Positions 10,509-20,275 of a stretch of 64,000 nt of DNA are shown here, piece by piece. Source of the stretch: Candidatus Latescibacterota bacterium (GTDB lineage: Bacteria; Latescibacterota; CBDEFO01). How positions within the stretch are numbered: position 1 is the first letter of the stretch; each line of letters opens with the position of its first letter. The stretch covers positions 59,570 through 123,569 of the forward strand of contig CBDEFO010000001.1 of the NCBI GenBank assembly GCA_965237525.1, given 5' to 3'. The position numbers were made by a program, and so were the translations under genes. Under the pieces are notes generated by a model that saw only the letters and a list, made by a program, of their open reading frames with translations, had not been told where the DNA came from and searched no databases.

Positions 10509-10930
10509 TGAAAGAGGCCAAGCTCCCGGAGGAAATCAAGCCGGTGATGCAGAACGGATTACCCGCATTGCTGGCAACCTGTTCGGCAGAAGGCATCCCC
10601 AACGCGACGATTCTTTCCCAGGTGTATTACGTGGATAGGACGCATGTTGCGCTCTCCTTTCAGTTCTTCAACAAGACAAGCCGCAATGTCATGGAGAACC
10701 CGCACGCGTGCGTTTGTTTGAACGATTTAGAGGGCTACGCCAACTGGATCCTCTATATCCAATACGACCACTCGGAGACCGAAGGGCCGATATTCGATGA
10801 GATGGACATGCAGATCGAAGCCATCGCTTCGGCGACGGGAATGTCCGGAATCTTCAAGCTGAAAGCGGCGGATATTTACCGGGTGAAATCCGTCGAGAAG
10901 ATGGCCTACGGGCCGACGTCTTCTGGGTAA
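10505..10930 (+). CDS. Pyridoxamine 5'-phosphate oxidase-like protein 2
   Basis: LATCSAEGIPN...VALSFQFFNKTSRNVMENP. Start reassigned to the ATGA overlap at 10505 instead of 10301. Confidence 0.8.
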   Translation: MMKEAKLPEEIKPVMQNGLPALLATCSAEGIPNATILSQVYYVDRTHVALSFQFFNKTSRNVMENPHACVCLNDLEGYANWILYIQYDHSETEGPIFDEMDMQIEAIASATGMSGIFKLKAADIYRVKSVEKMAYGPTSSG

Positions 10931-10936
10931 TGTCCG

Positions 10937-12406
10937 ATGGCTGAAAAGAAAGCAAATAGCGACAAACTCCTAGACGAACTCGCTCGAAAGGCGGCGGAAG
11001 TCAGCGTCCTTCGACAGGTCTCGTTGGAGATAAATTCGACGCTCAACCGCGACGAGATATTCGACATTGTCCTGCGCACGATGGACGAGCTCTTCGATTT
11101 TCACCATTCGATTATCCTACTGCTCGAGGACTCCGGGGAAACGCTCAGGGTCGTTGCAAGCCGCGGCTACGAGGGTCAGGCACTCGGTGCAGAGGCTGCA
11201 GTAGGTACCGGGGTCATCGGTATGGTCGCCAAAAGGCGCAGGCTGATGCGGCTCAGCAACATGAGCCGGCAGCGGGCGTACGCTTCGACTATCCGCAGGC
11301 AGATGGAGCAGGCCGGAAGGGTTCAGGAACTTGACAAGGTTGTTCAGGTCCCAGGGCTGGCAAACGCCGAGAGCCAGACCGCAATCCCTCTCATGATTAA
11401 GGACACGCTCATCGCCGTCTTTTCCATCGAAAGTAGCCAACAGAGAACATTCAGTGAGAGCGACGAGATTTTGGTAACGATCGTAGCCAATCAGGCTGCC
11501 AGCGCGATTCAAAACGCACGCTCGTATATGCTTGCCGAAGAACGGCTAAGGGAGTTGAATAAGGCTAATGATGCTCTTGCTCAACTTAACGAGAGCCTCG
11601 AAGAAAGAGTGCGGCAACGAACCAGGGAACTTTCCAATACTCTCCGGGAACTGACGGAAACCCAGAATCAGCTTGTCCTGCGGGAAAAGATGGCATCTCT
11701 CGGCAATCTGGTCGCCGGCATCGCCCACGAAATCAACAGCCCCATCGGCGCGGTGAACAGCGCAGCGGATGTCTCTCAGCAATGCATCGCCAAAATCGAA
11801 TCCGTTTTAGCTCCTCAAAGCGACGAAGAGTTTAAAAAACCGTTGGCATTGTTGAGAGACAGCGTGGAGGTCACGCTTACCGCCGGAGAACGTATTGACA
11901 CTCTGGTAAAAAGCCTGAAGAACTTCGCCCGTCTGGACAAAGCAGAGTTTCAAAGGTTCGATCTCCACGACGGTCTCGACAGCACACTGACCCTGATTCA
12001 GTCTGAGTTGCACGGGCGAATTGCCATTGTGAAAGAATATGAAAGTATACCGCAAATCTATTGTTCCCCCGCTCAAATCAACCAGGTCTTTATGAGTATA
12101 CTGCTTAACGCAGCCGAGGCTATTGAGGATACTGGCACCATCCGTATTAAGACCTTCTTAGAGGACGACCATATTCATGTGCAGATTTCCGATACCGGCA
12201 AGGGTATTCCTCCTGAAAAGTTAGAAAAGATTTTTGATTTTGGTTTTTCTAGAGACAGATCGCGGGTAAAGATGCAAGTGGGTTTATCGACTTCTTATAG
12301 TATTGTTCAAAAGCACAGTGGAGATATCAGGGTGGAAAGCACAGTGGGGAGTGGGAGTAGGTTTACAGTGGTGCTACCAATCGATCAACCCATAATAGAT
12401 AAATGA
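10937..12406 (+). CDS. Cytoplasmic GAF-domain sensor histidine kinase
   Basis: GAF (ASRGY...GVIGMVA...AIPL), coiled coil, H-box AGIAHEINSP, N-box NQVFMSILLNA, G1 DTGKGI; atypical G2 (KMQVGL). Confidence 0.9.
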   Translation: MAEKKANSDKLLDELARKAAEVSVLRQVSLEINSTLNRDEIFDIVLRTMDELFDFHHSIILLLEDSGETLRVVASRGYEGQALGAEAAVGTGVIGMVAKRRRLMRLSNMSRQRAYASTIRRQMEQAGRVQELDKVVQVPGLANAESQTAIPLMIKDTLIAVFSIESSQQRTFSESDEILVTIVANQAASAIQNARSYMLAEERLRELNKANDALAQLNESLEERVRQRTRELSNTLRELTETQNQLVLREKMASLGNLVAGIAHEINSPIGAVNSAADVSQQCIAKIESVLAPQSDEEFKKPLALLRDSVEVTLTAGERIDTLVKSLKNFARLDKAEFQRFDLHDGLDSTLTLIQSELHGRIAIVKEYESIPQIYCSPAQINQVFMSILLNAAEAIEDTGTIRIKTFLEDDHIHVQISDTGKGIPPEKLEKIFDFGFSRDRSRVKMQVGLSTSYSIVQKHSGDIRVESTVGSGSRFTVVLPIDQPIIDK

Positions 12407-12421
12407 AAGGGAGAGAAAACG

Positions 12422-12979
12422 ATGTCGCGATTCAAACAGATCGAACGTCCGGATAACCCGGAATTAGAAGCCCTCTATAAAGAAGTTATGGAATTTGGTT
12501 TTGTTGGCAGTGAGGGTGACGCACCCAAGAATTTTTTCACCTCCTTATCCGAACGTCCAGATCTTCTGGCAGCGACATAGGCACTGTTCAAAGGGGTAGT
12601 ACTGCAGGGAGAACTTCCTCCTACAGTGAAGCAGATGATCGGTATGACGATCGCCATGCAAAACGATTGTCGATATTGCAAGGTGGCGCATACGAATGCG
12701 TTGGAAGCCATGGGAGTTCCCACAGAGGTAATTCAAAGCTGTGCGAGCGATCCCAAGTTGACTCACGTTCCTCCTCCACAGCGCGCGATTCTCCAATTTG
12801 CCCTCAAAACCGCGCGAAATCCAAAATCGGTGACTGATGATGACTTTCAAACCCTTCGGAATCAGGGCTTGAGCGACGGAGAGATCATGGAAGTGATTAT
12901 GATGGCTGCCTCTACCAACTTCATTGATCTCTGGGCAGACATGAGTAGAATCCAGGTAGACGGAGAAGAGGAATCTTGA
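12422..12979 (+). pseudogene. AhpD/carboxymuconolactone decarboxylase-family peroxidase with an in-frame TAG at 12578-12580
   Basis: Frame from ATG 12422 aligns with the downstream paralogue; TAG sits where the paralogue has Trp (RPDLLAAT*AL vs RPDILTATWTL); motif NDCRYCKVAH. Confidence 0.85.
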
Positions 12980-12994
12980 TGAAAGAAGAAAAAG

Positions 12995-13546
12995 ATGTCA
13001 CGATTTCAACAGATTCAAAGTCCATCAAATAGCCCGGAACTCGAAATTCTCTACAAGGAAATTGTCGAAAGCGGTTTTGGGAAAGACGCTCCCGTTAACT
13101 GGTTCACGGCCCAATGTAAGCGACCCGATATCCTAACAGCGACTTGGACGCTGGTTAAAGGAATACTGTTGGGGGGATTGCTTCCTCCTACGATAAAGCA
13201 GATGATCATCGTGTTAATATCGACAGACAACAATTGTCGATATTGCACAGTTGTCCATACCCAGGCGCTGGAAGCCATGGGAGTTCCCACAGAAGTGATC
13301 GACAGCCTCACAACAGACCTCAACCTAGCTGAAGTCACCCCTCCCCAGCGTGCGATTCTCAAATTTGCTCTCAAAACGGCACAGGAACCCCAATCAATAA
13401 CCGATGCCGACTTCCAGACCCTGCAGGATTATGGTTTAAGTGATGGGGAGATCATGGAAGTGGTCATGATGGCTGCCTTTACCAACTTTATCAATACCTG
13501 GGCAGAAGTAAGTGGCGTTGAAATAGATGTAGAGGAGATATCATGA
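12995..13546 (+). CDS. AhpD-family peroxidase-like protein
   Basis: NNCRYCTVVH (CxYCxxxH) core; ending AAFTNFINTW. Confidence 0.88.
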   Translation: MSRFQQIQSPSNSPELEILYKEIVESGFGKDAPVNWFTAQCKRPDILTATWTLVKGILLGGLLPPTIKQMIIVLISTDNNCRYCTVVHTQALEAMGVPTEVIDSLTTDLNLAEVTPPQRAILKFALKTAQEPQSITDADFQTLQDYGLSDGEIMEVVMMAAFTNFINTWAEVSGVEIDVEEIS

Positions 13547-14898
13547 TGCCAGATGTCGTGTTTGGCCCCGAGAAGTCAGATGGATTTCAGGTTTCCGTCA
13601 GTAGCCTCACGCTGGGGACATTGTATGAAGCGATACTTGCGTTTTCCAGTCAAGAGCGCTTTGAAACATTCTGGCCTTCAGTGTGTAAAAATGCCCGCTG
13701 GCTTATACCTTCCCAGCGCATGTGCATTTTACTTCGCACTGGAGAAGATATCTTTGAAATTGAAGGAATGTTCGAGCACGGCAAACTTCAGAAACCAGCG
13801 GACGCCCAATACATAGCAGGAAAGAATCAGTTGGGCCGTGTGCTGGCAAGAAGCAATGCTCAGTGGTTCACGCAACACTGGAAAGAGTTCCACGAAGAAA
13901 CAGATGAGCTCACTACCTGGCTCTTTGCTGACCGACCGGACATGCTCTTTGTCCTCCCGATGATGGTGAAAGGAAAGAACAGTGGAGTAATTCTCTTTGT
14001 AATGGCCTCAATCCAAGAAACAGACCAGGCCATGTTGAATACATTGGGTACCATTTACGCGCTGCATGTAGGAATGACGTACACCTTGATCCGAATTACT
14101 GAAGAACGCAGGAAGATGGAGAATCAGCTTGTCATGCAGGAGAAAATGGCCGCGTTGGGAAATCTGGTGGCAGGCGTTGCTCATGAAGTGAATAATCCCA
14201 TCGGTGCTGTCAATAGCGCAGCAGACGTTTTAGCGCGCTGCATCGGAAATATCAACGATGTTGTCGCAAAGAGCAAAACCATTGACGAAATCAAAGGGAA
14301 TTCCAAATTTCAGAAGGCCTTGAAGCTATTGGCAGAAAACAATCAAGTGGTTGTCATTGCAGGTCAGCGCATAGCCAAAATGGTACAGAATCTGAAAAAT
14401 TTTGCCAGGTTACATGAAGCAGAATTCAAAAAAGCGGATATTCATGAGGGCATTGATAGTACTCTAATGCTGGTTCTGCATGAATTAAAGGATAAAGTCG
14501 AGGTGATCCAAGAATATGGAGACATTCCGCAGATCAACTGTTATCCGAACCAGCTGAACCAAGTCTTCATGAATTTGATCGTAAATGCTGCCCATTCCAT
14601 CGAAGATAGTGGAATTATCAAGATTAAAACATTTGCAGCAGATAAGCATGTTTATATAAGAATTTCTGACACAGGGAAAGGCATTACACCTGAACACTTC
14701 GATAGAATTTTTGAACCTGGATTTACAACTAAACGTATGGGTGTCGGCACAGGGTTGGGTTTATCTATTTGCTACAATATCATTCAAAAGCATAGCGGGA
14801 CCATAACCGTAGAAAGTGAAGTGGGGAAAGGCACTGAGGTAACTTTAGCCTTACCGATACATCAAGCTAAAAAACCAAAGGCCACGTACAGGAGTTAG
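13543..14898 (+). CDS. Sensor histidine kinase with degenerate GAF-like input domain
   Basis: AGVAHEVNNP, NQVFMNLIVNA, DTGKGI, FEPGFTTK, GTGLGL; ATGA overlap with the AhpD gene. Confidence 0.9.
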   Translation: MMPDVVFGPEKSDGFQVSVSSLTLGTLYEAILAFSSQERFETFWPSVCKNARWLIPSQRMCILLRTGEDIFEIEGMFEHGKLQKPADAQYIAGKNQLGRVLARSNAQWFTQHWKEFHEETDELTTWLFADRPDMLFVLPMMVKGKNSGVILFVMASIQETDQAMLNTLGTIYALHVGMTYTLIRITEERRKMENQLVMQEKMAALGNLVAGVAHEVNNPIGAVNSAADVLARCIGNINDVVAKSKTIDEIKGNSKFQKALKLLAENNQVVVIAGQRIAKMVQNLKNFARLHEAEFKKADIHEGIDSTLMLVLHELKDKVEVIQEYGDIPQINCYPNQLNQVFMNLIVNAAHSIEDSGIIKIKTFAADKHVYIRISDTGKGITPEHFDRIFEPGFTTKRMGVGTGLGLSICYNIIQKHSGTITVESEVGKGTEVTLALPIHQAKKPKATYRS

Positions 14899-14929
14899 TT
14901 GCCGCGCCCTGACAAGAAAGGAGCGAAAC

Positions 14930-15988
14930 TTGTTGAGCAGTCACCCTCTTCGACACTGGAATTTCTGTTTGGTGTCAGCTTTCGTCATCGGTCTTGCTCT
15001 CACCAACATGCCAGCGGTGGGAGGTGCAGAACAGGTGCCGACGGGAGATCCGAGCATCCTCCCTCCGGGTGCCAAGCTGAAAAAACTGTTCGACCAAGCT
15101 TTTCTTACAGAAGGACCTGCTGTGGCACCGGATGGCACTGTCTACTTCAGCGACATTACCTTTACGTCTGCGTCAGGAATGCAAGCAGGTCACATCTGGA
15201 AGTTTGACCCCAAGACCGGTAAGACCACCATTTTCCGCTCTCCCAGCGGAATGTCCAACGGAATAAAATTTGATGCTAAAGGACGCATGGTGGTGGCAGA
15301 AGGAGCGGACTTTGGGGGGCGCCGCATCATCCGCACGGATATGACAACGGGCAAGAGTGAAATCCTCTCCGGCTTCTATGATGGGCGCCCGTTCAACTCT
15401 CCAAATGACTTGACCATTGATGAGAAGGGGCGGATCTACTTCAGTGACCCCCGGTATCTCGGGCATGAACCGGTCGATCAGCCCGTGATGGGGGTGTATC
15501 GAATTGATCTGGATGGCTCGGTCCACCTCATTATCACGGATGCGGGAAAGCCGAATGGTGTGGCTGTCTCACCTGATCAGAGGACATTATACGTGGTAAG
15601 TAACGACAATGGTACAATAGGCTTTGACCGGCTTCCCCAAGGAGCGAAGACCCACAAAGGGCGAATGGCGTTGATGGCGCATGACTTAGCCTTGGATGGA
15701 ACCGCCAACTTTAGAAGAGTGCTGGTTGACTACTATCCAGAGGATGGACCAGACGGATTGATCGTGGACGTGGAGGGGAATCTCTATGTGGCCGAGCGTA
15801 ATCTGAAACGCCCGGGGATTGCCATCCGTTCACCTGAAGGCAAGGAGCTGGCGTTTATCCCAACTGAGGTACCGACCAACGTCGCATTTGGCCGTGGAGC
15901 AGAGAGCACGACCCTATACATCACAGCAGGGGAGAGTCTTTATAAGATCAAGATGATGAAAGAAGGCTATCATCTGCCGTCCAAGTAA
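14930..15988 (+). CDS. SMP-30/gluconolactonase/LRE family protein (secreted)
   Basis: TEGPA, FSDI, SNGI, FNSPND, KPNGV, GPDG, PTNVAFG motifs; signal peptide. Confidence 0.9.
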   Translation: MLSSHPLRHWNFCLVSAFVIGLALTNMPAVGGAEQVPTGDPSILPPGAKLKKLFDQAFLTEGPAVAPDGTVYFSDITFTSASGMQAGHIWKFDPKTGKTTIFRSPSGMSNGIKFDAKGRMVVAEGADFGGRRIIRTDMTTGKSEILSGFYDGRPFNSPNDLTIDEKGRIYFSDPRYLGHEPVDQPVMGVYRIDLDGSVHLIITDAGKPNGVAVSPDQRTLYVVSNDNGTIGFDRLPQGAKTHKGRMALMAHDLALDGTANFRRVLVDYYPEDGPDGLIVDVEGNLYVAERNLKRPGIAIRSPEGKELAFIPTEVPTNVAFGRGAESTTLYITAGESLYKIKMMKEGYHLPSK

Positions 15989-16186
15989 GGACATACACCA
16001 TAACAAGGTCAGGGACAACACCTTTGATCCGTATCTTTATATCTTCCCACCTGATCGACCAACACTGATGAATACCACGGCCAGACAGCTAGCGATGGCT
16101 TGCAGCAGACCCTGGGGTGTAACTTCGGTGAGCGGGCAATCGGCAGGCTCTGGGACGATCCGACATAAAACTATCTTGTCCTGCTG

Positions 16187-16352
16187 AAGTTATCCAGAAA
16201 GATCACAAAGTCGGACAGGCCGAATTCTCCATCATTGTCCAAATCAAATGGGGAATCCCAACTTCAATGTTTGACGTCGAGGCCAACAGAGTTCGACAGA
16301 AGCTAGCCAACAATTGCTTAGCGGTCCACCATATCGGAAGTACAGCCTTGTA
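16187..16352. pseudogene. Mosaic of gene scraps: dockerin/EF-hand fragment (-) joined to a GrpB-like fragment (+)
   Basis: 16187-16260 matches 52747-52822 (GAAGTTATCCAGAAAGATCACAAAGTCGGACAG). The + strand from ~16267 reads MFDVEANRVRQKLANNCLAVHHIGSTAL*. Confidence 0.55.
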
Positions 16353-16369
16353 GGAAATGATGTTGAATT

Positions 16370-16440
16370 GGGGTCTTATATAGCTCAAATAGCTGTATAT
16401 AGGTTCTTAGCATAGAAAACTGTATAGGCCCTAGTTAGGC
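16370..16440 (+). repeat. 71-bp imperfect palindromic repeat ending in GTTAGGC (copy 1)
   Basis: Second copy at 20088..20158 with 4 mismatches. Confidence 0.9.
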
Positions 16441-16474
16441 GGCAACACGAAGTGAACCAAGAGATCGAGGAAAC

Positions 16475-16885
16475 AAGAGGGATAGAGAGCGCGTAGCCCA
16501 AAATCTGGCGGCTGTGGAGAGCTACTTCCACAGCGAAGCGCTGAATGAGGTCGAAGCGGCGCTCGAGACGTTTACCAACGACATCGTTTGGGAAGCACCT
16601 GCCCCGAATGGTCTTGATTGATCCTTCTCCGGGAAGGAAGCTGCTGCCACGAATTACCAGGAACTCTTTGCGTCCATGCGTGATGCGAAGTTCCAGTTTC
16701 TTCAGCGGTTCGCTATCGAAGATCGCGTTGTGGATGACGGCATCGTCACGTTCGAGGTGGCCAAGGATGGATACTGATATTTTCCAGTCGGCAGCAAGAT
16801 TGAAATGCGGCTGGTTCACATCTTTGAGATGCGAGACGGGAACATTTCACGGGAGATCGTCTTCGACATGGGACGCCCTGTGTAA
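16475..16885 (+). pseudogene. SnoaL/NTF2-like protein, degraded cassette gene
   Basis: AQNLAAVESYFHSEALNEVEAALETFTNDIVWEAP...RLVHIFEMRDGNISRE. TGA at 16619 and 16775, a frameshift near 16778, and no intact start codon. Confidence 0.75.
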
Positions 16886-16907
16886 GCTATGCAGAGGTAC
16901 CGTCGCC

Positions 16908-16970
16908 GCCTAACAACGGCATCCAGCTGACAGCGCTGACGCGTCGCATCTGATGCCGGCACCGTAATTG
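16908..16970 (+). other. attC-like integron cassette recombination site
   Basis: GCCTAAC 22 bp after the stop codon; internal palindrome CGGCATC/GATGCCG; ends C-G|TAATTG; 63 bp. GCCTAAC is complementary to GTTAGGC at 16434. Confidence 0.7.
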
Positions 16971-17068
16971 TGATCCAGGACACGCGATACGGCCCCGGAC
17001 CGGCCGGTAGCCGGGCGATGATCAGCCGCGATGAAGGTGAAACCTGGGAGGATGAGGTCTACTACCTG
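16961..17068 (+). pseudogene. Internal fragment of a BNR/sialidase-like gene
   Basis: TVIVIQDTRYGPGPAGSRAMISRDEGETWEDEVYYL contains an Asp-box (SRDEGETW). Confidence 0.6.
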
Positions 17069-17216
17069 TTGGAGTTACCACACATCCTCTATAGTTTTTA
17101 TCCTTGTATCCGGAACATGGAATAGATCTTATCAAGCACCATATTATGATATGGTACTATGTAGATTGGCTATGGCTATAATGGCTATAGATGAAGTAGT
17201 TATATAGGGAGGCACT

Positions 17217-19937
17217 ATGAGGCACACTGAAGAACTTGCCTGGATACATAGAGGCTTTGAGGAGTTTTCCAGGGGATCCTTCGAGAATGGGGGAGATAAC
17301 CTCTATGTGAACGCCAGGGGAACCATAGAGACGATCCACAGGTTTGATGTCAATGACGACGGCTATGTGGACATTGTGTTCCCCAACTCGCATGGCTACA
17401 TCGAGCGCGGACCAACATGGATTTACACCCAGGCAGAGGGCAGAGACTGGCAAAGGCGCGAGCTGCCTAACGACAGTGGGTGGATGAGTCGGGTCGTGGA
17501 TGTCGACGGCGACGGGTACCTCGACCTGATCGTAGTGAATGCGGAGAACGGCGTTACATCGGAGCTGGACTCGTACATTTACTGGGGCGGCGCTGACGGG
17601 CTGAGCGGAGATCGCACCGAGCTTCCTACTGCAGGCGCGTACGATGTGGCCCTCTTTGACCTCACGGGTAACGGGTGCTTAGACATCATCCTGCCATCGG
17701 CATGGGTCGACCACCACAACGCGGGAAAACCCCGACTCATGCACGTGTATGAGCAGGTAGAGCCACGCAGGTTCAGAGACGCATCAGAGCGCTACGGGCT
17801 CCTCGGCGTCGCGGCCCTCTCGGTCGCCTGCAAAGACCTGAACGGAGACGGCTGGCCTGATCTTGTTGTGGCCAACTACCGCGAGGAATTCGAGTACGAT
17901 ATCGACTCTTTCATTTACTGGGGAACAGAAGACGGCTTTGACACTATTTCGCCTCTCATGCTTCCCTCTCATTATGCTATGCAGGTTGTTCTGAGCGATC
18001 TGAATGGAGACGGGGCTAAGGAGGTCATCTTCACCGGAGGGAACAGGATCTATATCTACTGGAACAGGGGAGGCAGCTTTCGTCCCGACGACCTCACGGT
18101 TCTGGAAGCCGAAGGCAACACCACCATGTTCAGCCGGGGCGCAATACGTGTGGAAGTAGCCGATGTGGATGGCGACGGCAGGAACGAGCTTGTCCTCGCC
18201 ACGTTGGAAGGAGTAGAGATACGGGCACAGGACGACCTGCACAACGTGGCGGCCCTGCTGCCGATGAAGTACTGTAGCTGGGTGGAGAGCGCTGACCTCG
18301 ACGGTGACGGACGGCTCGACTTGTTAACGTCCAGGTACCAGAACGGAAAGACATATGAGTCCGAATCGGCTGTTTTCTGGAACGGCCCCGAAGGATTCTC
18401 GTGCGACCGGGTGACTTGGCTGTCGACAACAGGTGCTGTGGGCTGTACTGCGGGCGACCTGGACGGCGATGGTAGACCAGAGATCATTTTCAACAATACA
18501 CTTCGCGGCCCTTCCCAGTTCGATCCTGACTTTCCTGTCTACATCTATCTCGGTAACAAGCAATGCGAGTACGACCCTTCCCGGAGGCTGGAGCTTCCAA
18601 CAGGAGGAGAAAGCAACACCTATGCGTTGGCGGATCTGGATCTGGACGGCTATACTGATCTCGTGTTTACGTCGCCGGAAGGCCTCCGGGTCTTTCACGG
18701 CGGCCCCGACGGACTGCTGCCGGACAGGTACTCCATCCTGCCCAGCCGGGGACAGTCCCTGGCTTACGTGCTCGTAGCTGACTTCAACCGTGATGGATGG
18801 CTGGACTTGCTTGCAGTAGCCTACACATACGACGACAAGCCCGAGACCATGGTAAACTCTTCAATGATTTTCTACGGCTCGCCTTCAGGGTTTTCGCCCG
18901 AGCGTTCGACAGTCGTGCCGACCTACTGCGGCGGAAACGCCCTGCTCGCCGACGTCAACAAAGACGGCTGGCTCGACATTATCGTCTATAACAAACGGGA
19001 TTACCTTTCAATGTACCTTGGAGGTCCTGACGGATACTCTGAAGAAAGAATGTGGAAGGTCCCCATCAAAGGATCCGGTCCAGACGGCGTGGCAGCCATA
19101 AACTGCGCCGATCTGAACGGGAATGGGTGGCTGGACTTAATCGTGGTGGTCACGGGCCACTACGCCCGCGAGGACAGCGGGTTCTACCTCCTCTATGGGG
19201 GCCCGGATGGTTACTGCCAGGACAGGATCGAATTCCATTCCACAGACGCCTCAGGCATCCGGATATCCGTTGCGGATCTCAACAACAACGGGAATTTGGA
19301 CCTGCTCGTCCCGGCTTATTCGACTAAGTTCTCCCGGGAGTTGCCAGCCTACATCTTCTGGGGTGATGGAAAGAGTTTCGACTTCGACAATCCCCTGCTC
19401 ATCCCCTGCGATTCCTCGTGTGCTTTCATGGCTGTTGATATAACTGGCAATGGATATCTCGACCTGTTTACGGTCTGCCATCGCAACGATCTCGGACACC
19501 AGGTGGACTCCCTGCTCTTCTGGAACGGACCTGAGGGGATTTCATTCGACCGGGTCACCCGTTTGCCGGGTCTGGGACCCCATCTGGCATCTCCACGGGA
19601 TTTCGGAAATGCCTACACGCGCGAGCCGCTTGAGAATTATCTTTCCCCGGCCTACGATATGAAAGGCGCCAAGCCGGTCAGGTTGTGCTGGAAGGCGGAT
19701 ACCCCTAAAAAGACGCAGGTCAAGTTCCAGCTTCGCTGGGCGGAGAGCCAAGACAAGCTTGAAAGCGCCCACTGGAAAGGGCCAGCATCTGTGGGAAGTT
19801 TCTATGAAGAGTCAGGGGAGCAGATCAATGGAGTGGATAGGGATGCCAGGTGGTTACAGTACAAGGCGACACTGGTTTACCTGAACGGTTGTCGTTCGCC
19901 GAAGCTGGAGGAAGTTCGCGTGGATTTAGAACGTTAA
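17217..19937 (+). CDS. FG-GAP/VCBS repeat protein, no signal peptide
   Basis: More than 10 DxxGDGxxDL repeats; 906 aa; RBS GGAGG. Confidence 0.88.
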   Translation: MRHTEELAWIHRGFEEFSRGSFENGGDNLYVNARGTIETIHRFDVNDDGYVDIVFPNSHGYIERGPTWIYTQAEGRDWQRRELPNDSGWMSRVVDVDGDGYLDLIVVNAENGVTSELDSYIYWGGADGLSGDRTELPTAGAYDVALFDLTGNGCLDIILPSAWVDHHNAGKPRLMHVYEQVEPRRFRDASERYGLLGVAALSVACKDLNGDGWPDLVVANYREEFEYDIDSFIYWGTEDGFDTISPLMLPSHYAMQVVLSDLNGDGAKEVIFTGGNRIYIYWNRGGSFRPDDLTVLEAEGNTTMFSRGAIRVEVADVDGDGRNELVLATLEGVEIRAQDDLHNVAALLPMKYCSWVESADLDGDGRLDLLTSRYQNGKTYESESAVFWNGPEGFSCDRVTWLSTTGAVGCTAGDLDGDGRPEIIFNNTLRGPSQFDPDFPVYIYLGNKQCEYDPSRRLELPTGGESNTYALADLDLDGYTDLVFTSPEGLRVFHGGPDGLLPDRYSILPSRGQSLAYVLVADFNRDGWLDLLAVAYTYDDKPETMVNSSMIFYGSPSGFSPERSTVVPTYCGGNALLADVNKDGWLDIIVYNKRDYLSMYLGGPDGYSEERMWKVPIKGSGPDGVAAINCADLNGNGWLDLIVVVTGHYAREDSGFYLLYGGPDGYCQDRIEFHSTDASGIRISVADLNNNGNLDLLVPAYSTKFSRELPAYIFWGDGKSFDFDNPLLIPCDSSCAFMAVDITGNGYLDLFTVCHRNDLGHQVDSLLFWNGPEGISFDRVTRLPGLGPHLASPRDFGNAYTREPLENYLSPAYDMKGAKPVRLCWKADTPKKTQVKFQLRWAESQDKLESAHWKGPASVGSFYEESGEQINGVDRDARWLQYKATLVYLNGCRSPKLEEVRVDLER

Positions 19938-19974
19938 GAGGCTGGACGTGTAGCTCCATCGAGAGCTATGAATT

Positions 19975-20148
19975 GGCTTATACAGAAGAAAGCAGACAGT
20001 TCTGTATATAATTCCTACAAAACTTATGATAATTATGACTTAAGAGAATGATTTTTTAATATTACAGGTTTTTCTTAATATTTAAGTGGGGCCTTATATA
20101 GCTCAAATAGCTGTATATAGGTTCATAGCATAGAAAACTGTATAAGCC
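19975..20148. mobile_element. Possible AT-rich MITE
   Basis: Perfect 11-bp inverted ends GGCTTATACAG/CTGTATAAGCC; non-coding; no clear TSD. Confidence 0.35.
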
Positions 20149-20158
20149 CTAGTTGGGC
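20088..20158 (+). repeat. 71-bp repeat ending in GTTGGGC (copy 2)
   Basis: Near-identical to 16370..16440. Confidence 0.9.
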
Positions 20159-20275
20159 CGAACCGTCCACGATGTCCTATGCATGAACGTGTAAGCCCTG
20201 GCGGATGAGAGTCGCGCCACGAGCGTGCAGGCGTAACTGAAACGTCCGTTGGGTTCGACATCCAGGAGGATCTGA

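Noticed and set aside
16619..16777. TGA codons as selenocysteine or Trp recoding
   Set aside because: The gene also has a frameshift and lacks a start codon; TGA ends many intact genes in the window.
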